A DNA stretch of 64,000 nucleotides from Candidatus Obscuribacteraceae bacterium (GTDB lineage: Bacteria; Cyanobacteriota; Vampirovibrionia; Obscuribacterales; Obscuribacteraceae), in assembly GCA_044226015.1 (NCBI GenBank), contig JBGAHS010000004.1, positions 288,001-352,000 on the forward strand, read 5' to 3'. Position 1 is the stretch's first letter. Each line of letters opens with the position of its first letter. The translations under genes and the position numbers were made by a program. The notes beneath the pieces are model-generated. The model was given only the letters and a program-made list of their open reading frames with translations. It did not search any database and was not told where the DNA came from. This document shows positions 57,121-64,000 of this stretch, piece by piece.

Positions 57121-58419
57121 TTAATCCCAGCTGAGAGCGCCACCGGTTTGGTATTCAATGACTCGTGTCTCAAAGAAATTCTTTTCTTTCTTGAGGTCGA
57201 GCATTTCACTCATCCATGGGAAGGGGTTCTTAGCACCAGCAAATTGCTCTGGCAAACCGATTTGACGGCAGCGGCGATTTGCAATGAAGTTCAAGTATTC
57301 TTTGAACATTGAGCAGTTGAGTCCGAGAACTCCGCGTGGCATTGTATCTTCTGCGTACTTGTATTCCAACGCTACACCTTGATTGATCAAGTTGAGAATT
57401 TCTTGCTGGAATTCAGAAGTCCAGAGATGTGGGTTTTCATTCTTGATCTGGTTGATTACGTCGATACCAAAGTTGAGGTGCATCGACTCGTCGCGCAGGA
57501 TGTACTGGAATTGTTCTGAAGCACCAGTCATTTTGTTCTGGCGTCCGAAGCTGAGCATTTGAACGAATCCTACATAGAAGAAGATGCCTTCCATGATGAT
57601 GTAGTATCCGATCAAGTTACGAAGCAAGCGCTGGTCAGATGTGAATGAACCTGTTTGGAAATTTGGATCAGCAAGTTCAGAAGTGAACTGAAGCTGGAAC
57701 GCATCTTTCTCGTGAATAGATGGAATTTCGCGATACATGTTGAAGATTTCGCCTTCATCAAGACCGAGACTCTCAACAACATATTGATATGCGTGTGTGT
57801 GGATCGCTTCTTCAAATGCCTGACGCAACAAGTATTGGCGGCACTCAGGATTTGTGATGTGTCTGTAGATAGCCAGAACGAGGTTGTTTGCAACCAGAGA
57901 GTCTGCGGTGACGAAGAACCCCAAATTGCGCTTGATGATTTTGCGCTCGTCATCTGAAAGACCGTTTGGATCTTTCCAGAGAGCGATGTCACGGCTCATG
58001 CTGATTTCTTGTGGCATCCAGTGGTTTGCGCAAGCATCAAGATATTTCTGCCAGGCCCATTCATATTTGAAAGGCACTAACTGATTGACGTCAGCGCGGC
58101 AGTTGATGATTTTCTTGTCGTCAACACGAACTCTTGCTGCATTGAATGTTATTTCTTCCAGACCGGTTGCTCCGGCTGCTGGCGTGGGCATGGCTTTACC
58201 TCCTGCGGTCATATTGACGGAGGGAGTTGTCGGAGCAAAACTGAGCGTATTTATTGATTGCGTTTCTGCTTGGTTTGGCTGAGCTGCAGCCTGTGCTGTA
58301 CCTGGAGCCGCTGGATTTGGCGCCGCAGCTGCTGACGGTGTAACTGGAACATAGGTCGGTGCTGCATTTTCGCCAGTTGTTTTAGCCGGCTTTACAGGAA
58401 TATTGTCGAAATTAAGCAT
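57121..58419 (-). CDS. nrdB: Ribonucleotide reductase class Ia beta subunit
   Basis: [13 protein letters not shown] (radical Tyr present), MEGIFFY, RDESMH and NFFETRV; Ala/Pro-rich N-extension. Confidence 0.96.
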   Translation of the reverse strand: MLNFDNIPVKPAKTTGENAAPTYVPVTPSAAAAPNPAAPGTAQAAAQPNQAETQSINTLSFAPTTPSVNMTAGGKAMPTPAAGATGLEEITFNAARVRVDDKKIINCRADVNQLVPFKYEWAWQKYLDACANHWMPQEISMSRDIALWKDPNGLSDDERKIIKRNLGFFVTADSLVANNLVLAIYRHITNPECRQYLLRQAFEEAIHTHAYQYVVESLGLDEGEIFNMYREIPSIHEKDAFQLQFTSELADPNFQTGSFTSDQRLLRNLIGYYIIMEGIFFYVGFVQMLSFGRQNKMTGASEQFQYILRDESMHLNFGIDVINQIKNENPHLWTSEFQQEILNLINQGVALEYKYAEDTMPRGVLGLNCSMFKEYLNFIANRRCRQIGLPEQFAGAKNPFPWMSEMLDLKKEKNFFETRVIEYQTGGALSWD

Positions 58420-58505
58420 GGTGTCTCCACTCCCTTACCATACAATTGTACGTATACCGCGTGAACTTTGCAAACTGAATTAAGCTTTGAATATCGGTCT
58501 GAGGC

Positions 58506-58534
58506 GGGGAGCCCTCCCCCATAGAGGGCTCCCC
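58506..58534. other. GC-rich intercistronic hairpin between nrdA and nrdB
   Basis: GGGGAGCCCTC-CCCCATA-GAGGGCTCCCC, a perfect 11-bp stem with no U tract. Confidence 0.75.
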
Positions 58535-58541
58535 CAAACCC

Positions 58542-61358
58542 CTACTGACAGGCTTCGCAGTCAGGGTCTGTTATTGAACAGGCCTTCGGCATTGCTGCCG
58601 CTGCGAGATTTGTCAGGTGTTGTTCAACTTTTACTGCGTTGAGAGCGCCAGTGTGAATCGTCGACTTTTCTGCCGATGTAGCTCCACGGGTTCTCAAATA
58701 GTAGGTTGTCTTCAATCCGCGAATCCACGCTAGCTTGTAGGTTTCGTCAAGCTTTTTGCCGCTAGGTTCAGCAAGATATAGGTTGAGGCTTTGCGCCTGG
58801 TCGATCCATTTCTGGCGACGAGCACCTGCTTCGATCAACCATTTCGGATCGATTTCGAATGCGGTTGCGTACAGTTCTTTGATGTCGGCTGGAATTCTTT
58901 CAATTGGAAGAAGAGAGCCATCGAAGTACTTCAGGTCATGAACCATTACTTCATCCCAGAGACCCAGTCTCTTCAGATCTTCTACAAGGTAGGAGTTGAG
59001 TACTGTGAAATCGCCGGAGAGGTTAGATTTTACGTACAGGTTTTGGAATGTAGGTTCGATAGATGGGCTGACACCGATGATATTAGATATGGTGGCAGTT
59101 GGAGCAATTGCCAGAACGTTAGAGTTACGCATTCCCCATTGTGCGATGTGCTCACGAACTGGTGACCAATCGAGGCGCTCAGTACGATCGAGCTGGAGGA
59201 ATTCACCTCTGTATTGAGCCAGTTGTCCGAGGCTATCGATTGGAAGAATGCCCTTATCCCACAGTGAGCCTTTGTATGTGTGGTAGGTGCCTCTTTCTTT
59301 TGCCAGTTCACTGCTTGCTAGAAGAGCGAAATAGCTGATTGCTTCCATTGCTGCGTCAGCGAATTCCACAGCTTCCATCGAAGCGTAAGGTACGCGCATG
59401 ACTTGAAGAGCGTCCTGGAATCCCATGAAACCCAGTCCGATTGGGCGATGTTTCAGATTGGAATTTCTTGCTTTAGCGACACTGTAGTAGTTGATGTCGA
59501 TAACGTTATCGAGCATTCTGACTGCAGTCTTGCAGGTGCGAGCCAACTTCGCGAGGTCCAGACCCTTTTCACCAATGTGGTTAACGAGATTGATAGAACC
59601 AAGGTTGCATACAGCTGTTTCTTTGCTGGAAGTGTTCAGTGTGATTTCTGTGCAGAGGTTCGAGCTATGAACAGTGCCGATGTGTTGCTGAGGGCTGCGA
59701 ACGTTGCAGGGATCTTTGAATGTGATCCATGGGTGACCAGTTTCGAACAACATGGAAAGCATTTTGCGCCAGAGTTGGAGAGCAGGCAGTCTCTTGAACA
59801 ATTTGATCTGTCCGTTGTCTGCGAGTCTTTCATACTTCTCGTATGCTTCTTTGAATGCTGGTCCGTGGAGGTCATGCAAATCTGAAACTTCTTCAGGTGA
59901 GAACAATGTCCATTGTTCGTCTCTCATCACACGTTCCATGAACAAATCTGGAATCCAGTTGGCCGTATTCATGTCGTGTGTACGACGGCGGTCATCACCG
60001 GTGTTTTTGCGGAGTTCAAGGAATTCTTCGATGTCGAGGTGCCATGACTCGAGGTAAGCACATACTGCACCTTTGCGTTTTCCACCCTGGTTGACAGCGA
60101 CTGCTGTGTCATTGACTACTTTGAGGAATGGAACAACACCCTGGCTCTTTCCGTTTGTGCCATGTATGTGAGCACCAAGCGCACGAATTGGAGTCCAGTC
60201 ATTTCCGAGACCGCCACTGAACTTCGAGAGAAGTGCATTTTCTTTCAAGCCGTCGTAGATGCCTTCAAGGTCATCTGAAACTGTTGTGAGGAAGCAAGAA
60301 GAAAGTTGTGGACGATGTGTTCCGGAATTGAACAATGTTGGTGTGGACGAAATGAAGTCGAAGGAAGAGAGCAATTCATAGAATTCAATTGCACGGCGTT
60401 CACGCTCAACTTCATTGAGTGAGAGCCCCATTGCTATTCTCATCCAGAAAGCTTGTGTCAGCTCGAAGCGACGACCATCTGTATGAAGCAGATATCTATC
60501 GTATAGTGTTTGCAGTCCGAGATATTGGAATTGCAAATCGCGTTCTGGTTTCAACGCAGCACCGAGTTCAACTAGATTGAATTGCGACAGTTTCGGATCG
60601 ATCAATCCAGCTTCAACGCCTCTTCTAACGTAGTCAGCGAAGTAGTCGCCGTAACGCTCAGTCATTTGTGTATGTGTAACAGCTTCACCCATAACTTCTC
60701 TGCGGATATGATCGAGAAGCAGTCTGGCAGTTACATATGAGTACGCTGGGTCGCGTTCAATTAATGTACGTGCTGCGAGAATAGCTGAACGATATACATC
60801 ATCTTCTGGGACGGTGTCATAAAGGTTTGAAATTGTTGATTCATAGATTGCTTGAACAGAAACCGCGTCGCCGAGATTTGAGCAAGCTTCTTCGATTACT
60901 GTGCGAAGACGAACATAATCGATTGGTGTAACAGTGCCGTTTGGCAGTGTCATTGTCAGTTCTTGTGTAGGAGCACCCATCCCGCTTTCGGCTACCTGCT
61001 TAGCGCGTTCTTGCGAGCGTTGTTCTCTATACAACACATATCTTCTAGCTACCTCGTGCTCACCTGAGCGCATGAGGGCAAGTTCAACCTGGTCTTGAAT
61101 GTGTTCAATATGAATTGGAACACCTTCAGTTTGTCTACGGGTGAGAGCTTCGACTACCTGCTCTGTGAGCTGGGCGACGATTTCTCTCATACGTGAACTT
61201 GTTGCACACAACTCACCTTCCGCTGCAAGGAAGGCTTTTGTTAGCGCGACTGAAATCTTGGAAGATTCAAATGGCGCTACTGTACCGTCTCTTCTCAGAA
61301 CCTTGTGGGCGCTTTGAAGGACTGGTGTCTCAGCTGAGCTAATTGAAGACTGAGTCAT
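58542..61358 (-). CDS. nrdA: Ribonucleotide reductase class Ia alpha subunit with two N-terminal ATP-cone-like domains
   Basis: [40 protein letters not shown] and terminal [20 protein letters not shown] before ATG 61358. Confidence 0.97.
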   Translation of the reverse strand: MTQSSISSAETPVLQSAHKVLRRDGTVAPFESSKISVALTKAFLAAEGELCATSSRMREIVAQLTEQVVEALTRRQTEGVPIHIEHIQDQVELALMRSGEHEVARRYVLYREQRSQERAKQVAESGMGAPTQELTMTLPNGTVTPIDYVRLRTVIEEACSNLGDAVSVQAIYESTISNLYDTVPEDDVYRSAILAARTLIERDPAYSYVTARLLLDHIRREVMGEAVTHTQMTERYGDYFADYVRRGVEAGLIDPKLSQFNLVELGAALKPERDLQFQYLGLQTLYDRYLLHTDGRRFELTQAFWMRIAMGLSLNEVERERRAIEFYELLSSFDFISSTPTLFNSGTHRPQLSSCFLTTVSDDLEGIYDGLKENALLSKFSGGLGNDWTPIRALGAHIHGTNGKSQGVVPFLKVVNDTAVAVNQGGKRKGAVCAYLESWHLDIEEFLELRKNTGDDRRRTHDMNTANWIPDLFMERVMRDEQWTLFSPEEVSDLHDLHGPAFKEAYEKYERLADNGQIKLFKRLPALQLWRKMLSMLFETGHPWITFKDPCNVRSPQQHIGTVHSSNLCTEITLNTSSKETAVCNLGSINLVNHIGEKGLDLAKLARTCKTAVRMLDNVIDINYYSVAKARNSNLKHRPIGLGFMGFQDALQVMRVPYASMEAVEFADAAMEAISYFALLASSELAKERGTYHTYKGSLWDKGILPIDSLGQLAQYRGEFLQLDRTERLDWSPVREHIAQWGMRNSNVLAIAPTATISNIIGVSPSIEPTFQNLYVKSNLSGDFTVLNSYLVEDLKRLGLWDEVMVHDLKYFDGSLLPIERIPADIKELYATAFEIDPKWLIEAGARRQKWIDQAQSLNLYLAEPSGKKLDETYKLAWIRGLKTTYYLRTRGATSAEKSTIHTGALNAVKVEQHLTNLAAAAMPKACSITDPDCEACQ

Positions 61359-61793
61359 ATTTTCTCCTGCACTTAAACCGAACCGCTTAATTAAGGACGC
61401 TAAAACCATTTCAAGAGTTCAAAATGAACCCTTAATACGGCTGGCGCCTTTTGTATCTTGTTTGTATATCTATTTGGTGGGATAAACGATTTGTTTTTCT
61501 CACCCGAAGATTAGCTGAACCTCTCTTTCCTTCAATTCCCTGCCTTAGGCACGCGGACATTGCCAGATATCTCTGGTGCAGCTCCTCTTCAAAAAATTTC
61601 GATGCAAAAAAAATACCATTGGCGATTTACGCGTGCTAGTGATCCTCATGTGTGCGGAATGTATATATGTCGCTGTAAAAGCTGATGGCTACACCGTTAC
61701 GAAATCAGAATACAAAGATAAAATCGGACCTTAAACCTGCATGAAAAGTGCTTGGTTTGGTGAGATCCGGGTAATGAAGCGTGTTTGATATAT

Positions 61794-61809
61794 GCACCAT
61801 ATCTGGTAC
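61794..61809. promoter_or_regulatory. Candidate NrdR box upstream of nrdA
   Basis: GCACCATATCTGGTAC resembles the NrdR consensus acaCwAtATaTwGtgt; only one clear copy seen. Confidence 0.4.
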
Positions 61810-61943
61810 TTAGTGGATCGTGATCTAAGAGCATGCATTAGGTCTTCAAGCCCAAAATAAGCCGATCTTCGAATATTTATCAGACTTCATTTTGCGCTGC
61901 TGAGATCTGAGCGTCCTATAAGAATTTGTCGAATAAAAGTCGA

Positions 61944-61980
61944 CACTCTGAAACACGCATTCTGAGCGGGTTTCAGAGTG
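61944..61980. other. Long inverted repeat between cobB and nrdA
   Basis: CACTCTGAAACACGC-ATTCTGA-GCGGGTTTCAGAGTG, 15-bp arms with one mismatch. Confidence 0.7.
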
Positions 61981-62084
61981 AGTTAAACGGCGCTTCAATT
62001 GCGTATATCAAATCGAAATAGATCAGCAACTTGAATGTGAGCGCATGTTCACCTGCTTCCTCTTATATGCGCGCAAATTTCAAT

Positions 62085-62837
62085 TCAATTTGAATTCTTG
62101 AATACTTTCAGTATCTCTGGAAGAGCCGCTCCTGATGCGGCTCTTATAACGATACTCGCTTTTCTACTTAGTGGAGTCTCATCTGGGTTGATTTCAACTA
62201 TTGGAATTTTGTTGTGCAGAGCAAGTGCAGGTAGTGATGCTGCCGGTTGCACTAAAGATGAGGTTCCTACAACGAAAAGGATCGACGTTGCACAGATTTC
62301 TTTTTGTGCGCGATCAAGTTCTTCCATTGGTAATGCTTCATGAAACCAAACGACTGCTGGTCGTATGTATGAGCCGCAATGGCATTTTGGCGGCTCTTTC
62401 AAGCCCATTGGAATCTCATTTGCATTGCATGGATGTCTTTGATCAAAACAAAAGAATTCGCTTATGTTACCGTGCAGCTCCAACACATCAGTCGAGCCAG
62501 CCCGCTTGTGGAGCCCATCTACGTTTTGTGTAACGACAAGCACTTTATCGATAAGCTTTTCGAATTCCGCAATCGTGTAATGCCCAGGGTTGGGATTAGA
62601 TTCATTCAACTTGTGCCGACGCTCGTCATACCATTGCCAGACCAGCTTTGGATTTCGTTTGAAAGCCGTTGGTGTAGCCAATTCCTCAGGGTCATAATTG
62701 GCCCACAAACCAGTTTGAGCATCTCTAAATGTTGGAATTCCACTTTCTTTGGAAACGCCGGCACCTGTAAAAAACACCACATGCTTAGCAGATTTCAACA
62801 ATTTTGCTGCTTCGATAATTTTGCTGGTGTCTGACAT
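62085..62837 (-). CDS. cobB: NAD-dependent protein deacylase (class III sirtuin)
   Basis: TGAGVSKESGIPTFR, WYDERR (YxxR), TQNVDGLH, ELHG, RPAVVWF, GTS and INP. Confidence 0.95.
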   Translation of the reverse strand: MSDTSKIIEAAKLLKSAKHVVFFTGAGVSKESGIPTFRDAQTGLWANYDPEELATPTAFKRNPKLVWQWYDERRHKLNESNPNPGHYTIAEFEKLIDKVLVVTQNVDGLHKRAGSTDVLELHGNISEFFCFDQRHPCNANEIPMGLKEPPKCHCGSYIRPAVVWFHEALPMEELDRAQKEICATSILFVVGTSSLVQPAASLPALALHNKIPIVEINPDETPLSRKASIVIRAASGAALPEILKVFKNSN

Positions 62838-62849
62838 GCTCTGCCTCGT

Positions 62850-63386
62850 TTATGTCGATAACTCTTCTTTCAAAATGGCAAACTGAAGCGTATCTCTCCA
62901 TTCACCGCGAATTTTACAGTCTTTAATGAAATGCCCTTCCTGTCTCATTCCTATCTTTCGTAGTACACCTGCAGAACCGAGATTATTTGCGTCACAGGTA
63001 GCCGTCATTCGATGCAATTTCAAATTAGCGAATGCATATTCCATTACTGCTCGAGCTGCTTCTGAGGCATAACCCTGTCGCCAGTATTGGCGGTTAAAGC
63101 AATAGCCCATCTCGGCTTGCTCCTGGTTCTCATGAATGCGAAGACCACAAGCTCCAATCAACTGCTGATCGGCCTTGAGTGTGATCGCAAACTCATAGAT
63201 TTTGCGGGGTTTTTCTTTTTGACAATGCAGAGTGCCATCTAGAAACGAGACGGTTTCATCAGACGTGTTTGGTCCCCATTCAAGATATTTCACAACCTCA
63301 GGGTCGGCAGCATACAAATGAACTGCCTTCCAATCTGATTTCACGAATTCTCTAAGTATCAGTCTTTCTGTTTCAATTAATGGCAT
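62850..63386 (-). CDS. RimJ/RimL-family GNAT N-acetyltransferase
   Basis: ETERLILR, YWRQGYASEA and N..S..VLRKIGM..EG. Confidence 0.92.
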   Translation of the reverse strand: MPLIETERLILREFVKSDWKAVHLYAADPEVVKYLEWGPNTSDETVSFLDGTLHCQKEKPRKIYEFAITLKADQQLIGACGLRIHENQEQAEMGYCFNRQYWRQGYASEAARAVMEYAFANLKLHRMTATCDANNLGSAGVLRKIGMRQEGHFIKDCKIRGEWRDTLQFAILKEELST

Positions 63387-63546
63387 TTGCTAATTTTACA
63401 CCGCCAGAATAGTCTAAAAGAGACAGCCGCTCTTGCCAAGAGTCGGGCGTTCACCATCACTAAGATAAGGCTAAAAACGGCGCTTTTGTATACCTACAGA
63501 TGTACGATCGTCAAACAAATACACTGATGACCAGGAGGTCCTCTTC

Positions 63547-63957
63547 ATGACTCAGGTTCTTGTCTCTAATTCTGCAGATCAGGGAATGAAGCACGAAATC
63601 AATGCTGGCACGCATAAGATGATTTCTGACGCCGGAAAGGACATCGGTGGTGAAGAGTCAGGACCAAACCCTCATGAGCTTCTGTTGGCTTCGCTCGGCG
63701 CCTGCACTTCAATGACCTTAAAAGTTTTCGCTCAGAGAAGAGGCTGGAAGCTTGATGAAGTGCATGTCAAGCTTGATGAGGAAATGGTGGAAGATCCAAA
63801 CACTCCCGGAAAGAAAATCGCCAAAATCACCCGGGATATTCAAGTTCGGGGCGACCTTACAAAAGAGCAACTCGACACTCTCAAGTCGATAGCCGACAAA
63901 TGCCCTATCCACAAAATCTTGACTGAGTCTAAGCAAATAGTGACATCGTTGAACTAA
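63547..63957 (+). CDS. OsmC/YhfA-family protein
   Basis: GPNPHELLLASLGACT and KCPIH; AGGAGG RBS. Confidence 0.92.
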   Translation: MTQVLVSNSADQGMKHEINAGTHKMISDAGKDIGGEESGPNPHELLLASLGACTSMTLKVFAQRRGWKLDEVHVKLDEEMVEDPNTPGKKIAKITRDIQVRGDLTKEQLDTLKSIADKCPIHKILTESKQIVTSLN

Positions 63958-64000
63958 GCGATAATGTCGCGTTTTGATTTGAGCCTGATTGAAGCTGGGC

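Noticed and set aside
57121..58419. Class Ic (Mn/Fe, Chlamydia-type) R2 subunit
   Set aside because: The radical Tyr (EEAIHTHAY) and the Asp ligand (ADSL) are retained, consistent with a tyrosyl-radical class I enzyme.
58542..61358. Intein or intron in the long nrdA
   Set aside because: The extra length is N-terminal cone sequence; no splicing motifs or frame break are seen.
31417..61358. Prophage nucleotide-metabolism module (tdk, xth, nrdAB)
   Set aside because: The genes are scattered among host genes, with no phage structural or integrase genes.
61359..61700. Cobalamin riboswitch in the nrdA leader
   Set aside because: I could not find a B12-box or the conserved core by eye; an Rfam scan would be needed.
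62085..62837. Sir2-type anti-phage NADase
   Set aside because: It is a canonical stand-alone CobB deacylase with no defence partners nearby.

Overview
A gene-dense bacterial chromosomal window with no rRNA, tRNA, CRISPR array or transposase that I can support. The many TPR proteins, Hanks-type kinases and PAS histidine kinases, with no photosynthesis genes, suggest a non-photosynthetic cyanobacterial relative (Vampirovibrionia/'Melainabacteria', Obscuribacterales-like); this placement is inference only. The best candidate for an undescribed system is at 1-5360 and is cut off by the window edge. It is a tightly coupled carrier-protein biosynthetic operon with no NRPS or PKS visible: AurF-like diiron oxygenase, ACP, seryl-tRNA-synthetase-like amino acid:carrier-protein ligase, TPR protein, thioester-reductase-like SDR, Sfp-type PPTase, a second ferritin-like diiron protein and a second ACP. 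The rest is mostly housekeeping and signalling: an RND pump, gluconokinase, hppD-hmgA, tdk, an otsA-like gene, two-component systems, thiolase, ald, xth, an ABC exporter with a thioredoxin, class Ia nrdAB, cobB, a GNAT and OsmC. Other oddities are tandem kinases with a reciprocal K/T swap in catalytic motifs, a fumarase/aspartase-family protein lacking its catalytic motifs, a secreted papain-fold Cys/His protein, a dispersed REP-like palindrome family (GGAG-CGCCGCCATCCTGGCGGC-TTC), and several unrelated intergenic tandem-repeat tracts.
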